This document shows positions 19,760-28,034 of a DNA stretch of 46,499 nt, one piece after another. The notes under the pieces are model-generated. The model worked only from the letters and a program-made list of their open reading frames with translations. It was not told the origin of the DNA and made no database searches. This DNA comes from Akkermansia muciniphila (GTDB lineage Bacteria; Verrucomicrobiota; Kiritimatiellia; RFP12; UBA1067), in contig CAMBQV010000003.1 of NCBI GenBank assembly GCA_945870145.1, positions 1 through 46,499 of the forward strand, written 5' to 3'. The position numbers were made by a program, and so were the translations under genes. Each line of letters opens with the position of its first letter. Position 1 is the first letter of the stretch.

Positions 19760-20977
19760 TTACAGACCAGCCTCTTTTATCTCTTTGGTTAAGGCTGTCA
19801 TTTCTTTGGAGCCGGGGTTGACCTTGCTCAGAGCGACTTTGAAGGACTCGTTAGCCTCTTTCATTGTCTTTTTTTGGTTCGCCTCGTCTTGAATAGAGGC
19901 GTAGATCTTTGCGATACGTATCGCATTGCGAGCCAAGACCCATTCGCGATTATAGACCAAGCCTGTAGTCGGGTCCATCTCATCCACATGCTTAGCGTTC
20001 TTCCATGCAGTCATAAACTGACGGAAGTTTTCTATTGCCTCAAGGGGCTTATTTTGGGCCAGTGCGCGATGCGCCTTGACCTTGGGGAGGGTGGTCTCGT
20101 GCCACTCGGTGTCCCTGCCAGGAATTCCTTTTTCAAGCATCTCCACCGCCAGGTCAAAATTATCGGTAAGGAAGGCACTGTCCAACATTCGCAGGGTCAC
20201 CGACTCCTGCGCCGTCTTATTCTGGGTCGCGGCCAGAATCTTCGGTCCGAGCACGCAAATCTTCTTTATAATCTCTTTATTTTCTGTCATCTCGTAGAAA
20301 TAACGGTCGAGCAACACCGCGATATGCTCTGCCGGAACCTTGTCGGTGAGTAGTTTTTCAAGGCTGGCGGGCAGAAGTTGGCGATCTTTTTCAACGCAGA
20401 GCCCGACCCAAGTTGTTGTTGCGAGTCGTAGAAGGCGCGGCTTATCGAGAGCACCCTGATAGAGTTGTTGGCTTGTTTTTTCGAGCTGCCCCAAGTGCTG
20501 GTCCCTTTTCAGTGCATCAAATATCTGGCTCAAAAGCGGGTCGGCGGCCTCCTCGGGCAAACGGTTGGCGCAATTCAGGATGGTCTTTTGAAGCTTGGGC
20601 CAATCCTTAGCAGCGCTGTGGCACTTCATTTGGGTTGCAAAGGCTAAAACATGGAGCCCGGACAACTTGTCTGTTAAAATCAGATCGTCGGTGATCTGTT
20701 CAATAACCCCATATTGTCCCTCTCTAATCATCCGTTCAAGGGTCTGTTGGATCACGGGGAGCGCCTTTGCGGAACTAACCGTGGTGTGCGTTTTTTCGAT
20801 CGCTTTTTTCAAAGCTGGGAGGCTTTTGGCTGTCGCGGCTTCAGACAATTCTCGCTCGCAGGTGGCGCGCATCTTTTCGTCGCGGGCCGCTAACTGCTCT
20901 GGACTGGGTGAACACCCTGAGAAGAACGCCATCATCACCATCACACTCACGCCAAGCATCTTTAAACTTCTCTTCAT
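19760..20977 (-). CDS. Hypothetical alpha-helical lipoprotein
   Basis: 405-aa ORF, GAGGAG RBS, lipobox FFSGC. Confidence 0.8.
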   Translation of the reverse strand: MKRSLKMLGVSVMVMMAFFSGCSPSPEQLAARDEKMRATCERELSEAATAKSLPALKKAIEKTHTTVSSAKALPVIQQTLERMIREGQYGVIEQITDDLILTDKLSGLHVLAFATQMKCHSAAKDWPKLQKTILNCANRLPEEAADPLLSQIFDALKRDQHLGQLEKTSQQLYQGALDKPRLLRLATTTWVGLCVEKDRQLLPASLEKLLTDKVPAEHIAVLLDRYFYEMTENKEIIKKICVLGPKILAATQNKTAQESVTLRMLDSAFLTDNFDLAVEMLEKGIPGRDTEWHETTLPKVKAHRALAQNKPLEAIENFRQFMTAWKNAKHVDEMDPTTGLVYNREWVLARNAIRIAKIYASIQDEANQKKTMKEANESFKVALSKVNPGSKEMTALTKEIKEAGL

Positions 20978-21067
20978 AATAGCTCCTCACTTTTTTTAAA
21001 GTCTGATATAGTATATTAAATGGAGGCGCAAATCTCAACAAAACATCTCTTTTTTCTTTTGGAACGG

Positions 21068-21096
21068 TTGACGCTTAAGTGATTCCGTGTTAAACT
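21068..21096 (+). promoter_or_regulatory. Sigma70-like promoter
   Basis: TTGACG-17-TAAACT upstream of ATG 21115. Confidence 0.55.
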
Positions 21097-21114
21097 GTTG
21101 ACACTTTTACGATT

Positions 21115-21945
21115 ATGCACTTTGAAACTGAGATACCTTCTGAGCTGTTAGCGTTCACACTGCCCTTGCAAAGTGAGGTCAGTTCTATTTTGCATTTTCT
21201 CAATAAAAGAAAGGGGACGATTCGAGCAGGACTCGATGTCGGCTTCAATCATCCTGGGGTCAGCCGCACGTTACGTGAGCTCGGGGGCTACTGGATGACT
21301 GTGGAGATGAACGAGGGGCGCCGAGAGAGCGTTGCGCATTGCCTTGAAACCGATACCGTTCTTTCTGCGGGACGTCACGGCGAGCTCCCCTTTGAAGATA
21401 AGCAATTCGATGTCGTCGTGGTCTCCTCCTCTGTTTTGACCGCAAACCCCAAGGAGGCAGCTCAAATGCTTCGCGAGTGCCATCGCGTCATCAAGGCAGG
21501 GGGCCATATCATCTTGACCGTCATGCGGAAGAGCACAACGGCATTGGGACCAACCTTAGAGAGCCACGCAACAGGGGTCGCCTCGCCTTTATCAGGTTAT
21601 AGTGAAGCCGCCGTCTTCCAACTCATGCGCGATGGCTTTGATGTCTTGGGCTTCAGGGACTCCTGCCGTTTCTTTGTTCAATGGATCGCCTCCTGGGAGA
21701 GTCACCAGCGGCTTTCTGGTGTTCTTCCTGGCGCAGGCACCCGTTTCTTATATGCGATTGCCCATCTCTTGGATACGCTCTTCCTCTTCTTTACCAAAGG
21801 ATACCAACTGACCGTCTTTGGCCACCGAAAAGGATGGCGAGAGAAACGGGCCAATGTGCTCTCGGAGGTGACGCCGGTTTCGGATGCCATTCTCCTTGAT
21901 CCCCGTCGCGGCACAAAAAGTGTCTCCTCGATCCGCTTCAAATAG
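21115..21945 (+). CDS. Class I SAM-dependent methyltransferase-like protein
   Basis: LDVG, LPFEDKQFDVVV, LRECHRVIKAGG; the glycine-rich motif I is degenerate. Confidence 0.8.
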   Translation: MHFETEIPSELLAFTLPLQSEVSSILHFLNKRKGTIRAGLDVGFNHPGVSRTLRELGGYWMTVEMNEGRRESVAHCLETDTVLSAGRHGELPFEDKQFDVVVVSSSVLTANPKEAAQMLRECHRVIKAGGHIILTVMRKSTTALGPTLESHATGVASPLSGYSEAAVFQLMRDGFDVLGFRDSCRFFVQWIASWESHQRLSGVLPGAGTRFLYAIAHLLDTLFLFFTKGYQLTVFGHRKGWREKRANVLSEVTPVSDAILLDPRRGTKSVSSIRFK

Positions 21946-22000
21946 AAGCGCAGATGGCGTTCTTAACCCTCTCTTTACACACGACACCAAAGGATTCCTT

Positions 22001-24730
22001 ATGAAAAACAACCTCTTTTTTCTCCTCTCTCTTCTCCCTATGATTGCCCTGGCTGCACCAGAGGTGACGCCTCCTCCCATCCCTTATACGAGATATACGC
22101 TCGACAATGGCCTGACCCTCATTGTCCACGAGGATCATAAGGCTCCGATTGTTGCTGTCAACGTCTGGTATCACGTTGGCTCCAAAAATGAAAAACCCGG
22201 GCGCACGGGTTTGGCTCATCTCTTCGAACATCTGATGTTCAACGGAAGTGAACACTTCAAGGATGATTGGTTCCGTTCCATCGAGAAGGTCGGTGCCACT
22301 GACATGAACGGCACGACAAGCAATGACCGCACCAATTACTTTCAGAATGTGCCCAAGGATGCCCTCGATTATCTGTTGTGGCTGGAGTCGGACCGTATGG
22401 GCCATTTTCTTAATGCCCTAACCCAGGAGAAGCTGGACGAACAGCGTGGCGTCGTCCAGAACGAAAAACGTCAGGGGGACAATCAGCCCTATCGCCTCGC
22501 ATGGAAGCTGATCACGGAAAACTGCTGGCCCAAAGGCCATCCCTACTCCTGGGAGGTCATCGGCTCCATGGAGGACCTGACGTCGCTCTCCCTGGAGGAT
22601 GCAAAGAGCTGGTTCAAGACCTATTACGGTGCTGCGAATGCCACCCTCGTCATCGCGGGGGATGTCAAGCCCGAGGAGGTCCTGCAGAAGGTCAAGCGCA
22701 CTTTTGGTAGCGTTCTTGCAGGTCCGCCCTTGTCCCGCCAATCCTCTTGGATCGCCAAGCGCTCCGGGACCCATCGTCAGCGCGCCCATGACCGCGTCCC
22801 TGCCTCGCGTGTCTACAAAGTCTGGAACATCCCAGGCTATGGCAATCAGACGGCCACCCACTTAGAAATGATTGCCTCCATCCTTGGCGACGGCCAAAAT
22901 GCACGCTTGTACCAGCGTCTTGTTTGCCAGGATAAAATTGCGACATCGGTCTCGGTCGCTGCGGACCTCAACGAGATCGCAGGAAACTTCTTTATCATGG
23001 CAACTGCGCGCGAGGAACAGCACATCCCCCAGATCAATGCATCAATTGACGAAGAGCTTTCGCGCTTCATCAGCGGCGGACCGACACGCGCCGAGATGGC
23101 GCGCATTAAGTCCAAGGAAGAGTCTGACTTTATCCGTAGTTTAGAGCGCATCGGAGGCCATGGGGGCAAATCTGACCTGCTAGCGATGAACAGCGTCTTT
23201 CTCAATGACCCGGGCTATTATCTAGTCCGCCAGCAGGATGTGCAACAGGCGCGTTACTCCCAGATCCGGGAGGCGGCTAAGATGTGGCTCTCAGATGGTG
23301 AATACCAGCTGGTCATCGAACCTTATCCCACATTCCATGGCGATACAAATGTCGTTGATCGTTCCATGCTTGAAGCCCCCCTGCTTCAGCCTCAGTCCCT
23401 CTTTCCGCCGATCTCACGTGCGAAGCTCCGGAACGGGCTAAACGTGATTCTTGCCCCGCGCGCCGGGGTTCCGATGATTAAAATGTCACTCGTCACAGCC
23501 AGGGGATTCACCTCTGATCCGTTCGGCGCCTCGGGCCGTACGCACCTGACGATGAACCTCCTGAGCGAGAGTACACGTCATCACACAGCAGAGAAGCTGG
23601 CGACGCGTCTTGCACTTCTCGGAGCGTCGATCACCTCTTCCGCCTCCCTAGAGTCGAGCTCTGTCACCCTCAGCGCGTTAAAGAAGAATCTGGATGAATC
23701 ACTCTCCTATTATCACGCGGTCATTGCCGAGCCCGGCTTTGCCGAGGAAGACTTTTTGAGGCTGCAGGTTCAACAGATTGCGGATGTCCGCCGCGAGACG
23801 CGCGAACCCCTTTCCGCGGCGATGCGTCTGCTTCCCTCTCTTTTATATGGACCCACCTCTCCGTATGGTCGTCCCATGTCCGGGAAAGGTTTTGAGCAGG
23901 AGGTCTCCGCACTCAAACGCGCAGATTGCATGACGTGTTATCAACAGTTCTTCTCGCCCTCCACGGCAACGCTCCTGATCACAGGTGACTTCAACCGCGA
24001 AGAACTTCTGCAGAAGCTGGAGCGCACGCTGGGCCGCTGGAAAGTCACGCCACCCACCGCTGTCGCACCTCAACAATCCCCCCCGACAACACGCACGCTC
24101 TTCCAGCCCTCGGTAACCATCATTGATAAGCCAGGAGCTGTTCAGAGTGTAATTGTCGCTGCAAACCTTGCACCCGCGCGCGATACAGGAACACATCTCG
24201 CAAGCGAGCTGATGAATCAAGTCCTGGGTGGCTCGTTCACCTCCCGCCTCAACATGAATTTGCGCGAGTCAAAACACTGGACCTATGGCGCGCGCACTGA
24301 GCTCGTCTCCTCCCGCGCTGTCCGCCCCTTCATGGCCTACACACAGGTCCAGGCCGATAAGACCGCAGAGACCATGCAGGAGATCGCGAAAGAGATCACC
24401 AACATCTACCACGAACAACCAATTTCCGACAGCGAGTTCAAGCAGGTCCGCAATACGCAAGCGCTCCGCCTCTCCGGCAAATGGGAGACGCTCGATCAGG
24501 TGATGTCTTCGATGACCGAACTTGTGCTTTACCAATTGCCAGAAGACTATTTCCAGACCGCGGCCCAGCGTGTCAACAAAGTTTCTTGTGCAGAGACCCG
24601 TCAAGCCGCCATCCAAATTCTAAGACCCAAAAATCTCACGTGGATCATCGTCGGAGACCGCGCAAAAATTGAGGCAGAGGTCCAAAAGACGGGGCTGGGT
24701 GAAATTCGCCTCCAAGAGGCCTGTCAATAA
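22001..24730 (+). CDS. M16 family zinc peptidase (pitrilysin-like), exported
   Basis: Signal peptide, WYHVGSKNE, HLFEH (HxxEH), NGTTSNDRTNY, second module SRLNMNLRESKHWTYG. Confidence 0.95.
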   Translation: MKNNLFFLLSLLPMIALAAPEVTPPPIPYTRYTLDNGLTLIVHEDHKAPIVAVNVWYHVGSKNEKPGRTGLAHLFEHLMFNGSEHFKDDWFRSIEKVGATDMNGTTSNDRTNYFQNVPKDALDYLLWLESDRMGHFLNALTQEKLDEQRGVVQNEKRQGDNQPYRLAWKLITENCWPKGHPYSWEVIGSMEDLTSLSLEDAKSWFKTYYGAANATLVIAGDVKPEEVLQKVKRTFGSVLAGPPLSRQSSWIAKRSGTHRQRAHDRVPASRVYKVWNIPGYGNQTATHLEMIASILGDGQNARLYQRLVCQDKIATSVSVAADLNEIAGNFFIMATAREEQHIPQINASIDEELSRFISGGPTRAEMARIKSKEESDFIRSLERIGGHGGKSDLLAMNSVFLNDPGYYLVRQQDVQQARYSQIREAAKMWLSDGEYQLVIEPYPTFHGDTNVVDRSMLEAPLLQPQSLFPPISRAKLRNGLNVILAPRAGVPMIKMSLVTARGFTSDPFGASGRTHLTMNLLSESTRHHTAEKLATRLALLGASITSSASLESSSVTLSALKKNLDESLSYYHAVIAEPGFAEEDFLRLQVQQIADVRRETREPLSAAMRLLPSLLYGPTSPYGRPMSGKGFEQEVSALKRADCMTCYQQFFSPSTATLLITGDFNREELLQKLERTLGRWKVTPPTAVAPQQSPPTTRTLFQPSVTIIDKPGAVQSVIVAANLAPARDTGTHLASELMNQVLGGSFTSRLNMNLRESKHWTYGARTELVSSRAVRPFMAYTQVQADKTAETMQEIAKEITNIYHEQPISDSEFKQVRNTQALRLSGKWETLDQVMSSMTELVLYQLPEDYFQTAAQRVNKVSCAETRQAAIQILRPKNLTWIIVGDRAKIEAEVQKTGLGEIRLQEACQ

Positions 24731-24751
24731 CTGACAACGGTTGTCAGGAAA

Positions 24752-24780
24752 GGGCTCCCTTTTGGGAGCCTATTTTATTT
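24752..24780 (+). terminator. Rho-independent terminator after the M16 peptidase
   Basis: GGCTCCC-TTTT-GGGAGCC followed by TATTTTATTT. Confidence 0.75.
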
Positions 24781-24810
24781 GTTAACCCTTACGCGCTTAA
24801 CGAGTTAAAG

Positions 24811-24844
24811 TTTTTAACAGTGCCTGTTGATAACCTGTTGATGG
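24811..24844. promoter_or_regulatory. DnaA-box-like cluster upstream of dnaA
   Basis: TTTTTAACA (24811, +), TTATCAACA (24825, -), CCATCAACA (24836, -). Confidence 0.6.
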
Positions 24845-24962
24845 AATGATTATTCTTTTCGGTTGTTTCAACTGTGAATATATGGTTTAACTATATCATT
24901 CTTTTTAAGAGATTTTCTCGAGATCAAAAATCACTTCTTGCACTTTTTTGTGGACTAGTAAA

Positions 24963-26339
24963 ATGAATAATGAACAGGCATTGTGGCAGCAGGCTATGGA
25001 GCATTTGAAGAGTGTCATTAAGAGTAAAGATCTTTTTGAACGCTGGATCGAAATCATCAAGCCACAGAAGATCAAGGACAATTGTTTTGTCCTGACCGTG
25101 GACAATGATTTTTATCAAGATTGGCTCGAAAAAAATTACAAGAGCCTTATTCTCTCGGCCCTGCAAGCAGCAGGTGCGCCCCAGGAAATGAAGCTCCGTT
25201 TTGATGTCTTACGACCGACCGAAGGCTCTACAGACCAGGAGCCTCTCGACGTCCCTGTGGTGGCGACAAAAAAGCCGCGACTAAAGAGCAACATGCTGGC
25301 AAGCCCCCTGAATCCAATCTTTACTTTTGAGAACTTTGTTACCGGCCCAGCCAATAACTTTGCCCATGCTGCTGCGCTCGGTGCCTCACAAGCCCCTGGC
25401 CGGGCTTACAACCCACTCCTGATCCATGGACAGACTGGAATCGGAAAAACCCATCTGATGCAGGCGGTAGGCCATAGCATTATTCAGAAGCCAGGCATGT
25501 CGGTCTGTTATGTCTCCTCAGAAACCTTCTTGAATGAATATATTGATGCCTTGCAGAAACGGACGATCGTCGACTTTCGAAACCGGTATCGGCGAGCCGA
25601 TGTCCTGCTCGTGGATGATATTCAGTTTCTCGGAGGCAAAGATAGTATCCAAGAGGAGTTTTTCCATACGTTTAATGCTCTCTTTGATGCCCATAAGCAG
25701 ATCATTATGACCAGTGATGTGGCGCCTCAAAAACTAAAAGGCCTTGAGCCTCGCTTAGTTTCTCGCTTTGAATGGGGCATGGTCACCGAGATTGAATCGC
25801 CAGACTTTGAAACCCGTTTAGCGATTCTGCGGTATAAACTGTCCCTGACCAGCGTTAAGTTGCCTGCAGATGTGTTGACCTTTCTGGCAGAGAACATCAA
25901 ATCCAATGTGCGCAGTTTGGAGGGTGCTCTCAAACGAACCATCGCCTTTGCGGATCTTAATAGATCTATGACATTGACTACAGAGATATTGCGCTCCTTG
26001 CTCAAGGATCAGCTCAATAATGAGCGACAAAAGGATATCACTCCTGATGAAATCCAGCGTATTGTCGTTGATTATTTTGATTTGCGTATGGCAGATATGT
26101 CGAGTAAGAAGCGAACGCGTATGTTAGCTGCGCCTCGACAGATCGCTATGTTCCTCTGTCGTAAACTTACCATGCTTTCCTTGCCGGAGATTGCACAATC
26201 CTTTGGTAAAACCCATGCAACCGTTGTTCATGCCTGTAAAACTATTCAGGATCGTTTGCAGCTTGAAAGTGACCTCCGTGACTCTGTCAAACAGCTTGTT
26301 CACCTGTTAGGAAGGGATGCTTCATGTATCAATCTCTAA
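24963..26339 (+). CDS. dnaA: Chromosomal replication initiator DnaA
   Basis: FTFENFVTG, YNPLLIHGQTGIGKTHL, LLVDDIQF, QEEFFHTFN, RLVSRFEWG, NVRSLEGAL, PRQIAMFL..SLPEI. Confidence 0.98.
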   Translation: MNNEQALWQQAMEHLKSVIKSKDLFERWIEIIKPQKIKDNCFVLTVDNDFYQDWLEKNYKSLILSALQAAGAPQEMKLRFDVLRPTEGSTDQEPLDVPVVATKKPRLKSNMLASPLNPIFTFENFVTGPANNFAHAAALGASQAPGRAYNPLLIHGQTGIGKTHLMQAVGHSIIQKPGMSVCYVSSETFLNEYIDALQKRTIVDFRNRYRRADVLLVDDIQFLGGKDSIQEEFFHTFNALFDAHKQIIMTSDVAPQKLKGLEPRLVSRFEWGMVTEIESPDFETRLAILRYKLSLTSVKLPADVLTFLAENIKSNVRSLEGALKRTIAFADLNRSMTLTTEILRSLLKDQLNNERQKDITPDEIQRIVVDYFDLRMADMSSKKRTRMLAAPRQIAMFLCRKLTMLSLPEIAQSFGKTHATVVHACKTIQDRLQLESDLRDSVKQLVHLLGRDASCINL

Positions 26340-26641
26340 CTTTATTCTTATTCCTTTCTTGTCGATAGGTTGTTCAAATCCTGTAAGCTTATTTTCAATA
26401 ACATCTTATTTATCAACACCCTTTTTAAAGCGATTAGCATTAACCAACTGGAATCATCACCTTATGAACATCTTTACCCCTGCTGTTAAAAGATCACAAC
26501 TCATTGATAATGAGCCTTTTAATAAGTTATCATCACTTTTTACACCCTCTAATATTACTACTATTGATACTTTACATTAATACATAATATCAGCTATAAT
26601 TCCGCTTTTAATTGTGAGATTGTTTTTAAGGAGCATGGACA
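26340..26641. other. Probable oriC
   Basis: AT-rich dnaA-dnaN gap. Boxes TTATCAACA (26410), TTATGAACA (26462), TTATCATCA (26527); perfect IHF consensus TATCAATGAGTTG (26497-26509, -); C-rich spacer then TAA TAT TAC TAC TAT DnaA-trio run (26550-26564). Confidence 0.85.
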
Positions 26642-27736
26642 ATGAAATTCACTGTGTTACGATCCAAATTTCTTGAAGGTCTGATGACCGTTCAAAATGT
26701 CGTCTCTTCAAAAGGTTCACTTCAGATTTTGTCGAATGCACTTATTCATGTCGAAAACAATCAGATGATGATCACGACGACTGACTTGGATATTTCCATG
26801 CGGTGTATCATTCCCTGTGAAGTTGAAAAGGCAGGAACCACAACATTGCCTATTCGTCGTCTGGTCAGCATCATGAAAGAGTTAAATGACGGACCCGTGA
26901 CGGTTCAAGTTGATGAAGATGATGCAGCAAAATTTCAGAGTGGGTCTTCATTCTTCCGCATCATCGGTCTTCCAGTTCGCGATTTTCCACCGATTCCTGC
27001 AACCGAGGGTAAATTCTGTTATCGCATTGATCAAGGCGTGTTGAAGGAGATGTTGCGTAAGACCAGCTATGCGGCCTCCTTGGATGAAACACGTCGTGTA
27101 TTGAATGGCGTGTTGATGGCTTTCAAGAATAATAAATTGACCATGGTGGCGACAGATGGACGTCGTTTGGCGCTGGTGGATCATGAAGTGGAGTTTCCTG
27201 AGCAGGCTGAAACGGAAATGATTCTTCCGACGAAAGCCGTCAATGAATTGATGCGCGTCCTCTTGAATGAAGGCGAAGTAAAAATTTATGCTCAGAAGAA
27301 TCAGGTTGTCTTTGAAATCGGTAGCACGGTGATGAGTAGCAAGTTAGTGGATGGCGTCTATCCTAACTATCGTCAAGTTATTCCAGCTGGTTGCGATGAA
27401 CGGGTGACCCTCGAACGCGAAGAGCTCTGGAAGGCTGTACGCCGCGTCTCGGTGATGGCAACGGATAAGTCAAATGCGGTACGTTTGACCTTCTCCGCCA
27501 ATCAGCTGACGATCACAATCAGCAGCCAGGAAGTCGGCGAAGGCCGCGAAACCATTCCTGTGAAATATGTTGGTAAAGAAATCTCGATTGTGTTTAATCC
27601 GGAATATGTGATGGACCCCCTCAAGAATATGGATGATGATGAGGTCTATTTTGAACTCAGTGACGGACACAGTCCCGCGCTGCTCAAGTGTAGCGTTCCT
27701 TTCCTGTACGTCCTGATGCCGTTGCGGTTAAATTAA
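26642..27736 (+). CDS. dnaN: DNA polymerase III beta sliding clamp
   Basis: TTDLDI, DETRRVLNGV, VATDGRRLA, SKLVDGVYPNYRQVIP, FNPEY, YVLMPLR. Confidence 0.98.
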   Translation: MKFTVLRSKFLEGLMTVQNVVSSKGSLQILSNALIHVENNQMMITTTDLDISMRCIIPCEVEKAGTTTLPIRRLVSIMKELNDGPVTVQVDEDDAAKFQSGSSFFRIIGLPVRDFPPIPATEGKFCYRIDQGVLKEMLRKTSYAASLDETRRVLNGVLMAFKNNKLTMVATDGRRLALVDHEVEFPEQAETEMILPTKAVNELMRVLLNEGEVKIYAQKNQVVFEIGSTVMSSKLVDGVYPNYRQVIPAGCDERVTLEREELWKAVRRVSVMATDKSNAVRLTFSANQLTITISSQEVGEGRETIPVKYVGKEISIVFNPEYVMDPLKNMDDDEVYFELSDGHSPALLKCSVPFLYVLMPLRLN

Positions 27737-27828
27737 AGTCAGCCGGTTCGGTGACGGGTCGTAAAAAAGAATAAAACAGTATTGATTTTGCGTCCCCGTT
27801 TTGAGATTATGACTCGCTTTTCAATTTT

Positions 27829-27902
27829 TGCCTCATAGTGTAACGGCAGCACAACAGATTCTGACTCTGTTTGTTTAGGTTCGAATCCTAATGAGGCAAC
27901 CA
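27829..27902 (+). tRNA. tRNA-Gln(CTG)
   Basis: TGCCTCA/TGAGGCA acceptor (U1-A72), ACAGA-TT-CTG-AC-TCTGT anticodon arm, GGTTCGAATCC, ACCA end. Confidence 0.96.
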
Positions 27903-28034
27903 TTTTTAGAGGTACGACCACCTCTCCGACTGTCCAATAACCAACAACCGATGCGCAGGGTCTGAGGAGAAGGAACCTTAGACAGGACGGAATTCGAGTT
28001 GGCTATTGGTCTTTTTTTGTAAGGATTTTACGAG

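Noticed and set aside
27950-27990. Resemblance of GGGTCTGAGG...CCTTAGACAG to a c-di-GMP-I riboswitch stem
   Set aside because: Lacks the GGCAAA segment, GNRA tetraloop stem and closing GCC; kept only as an unclassified structure.
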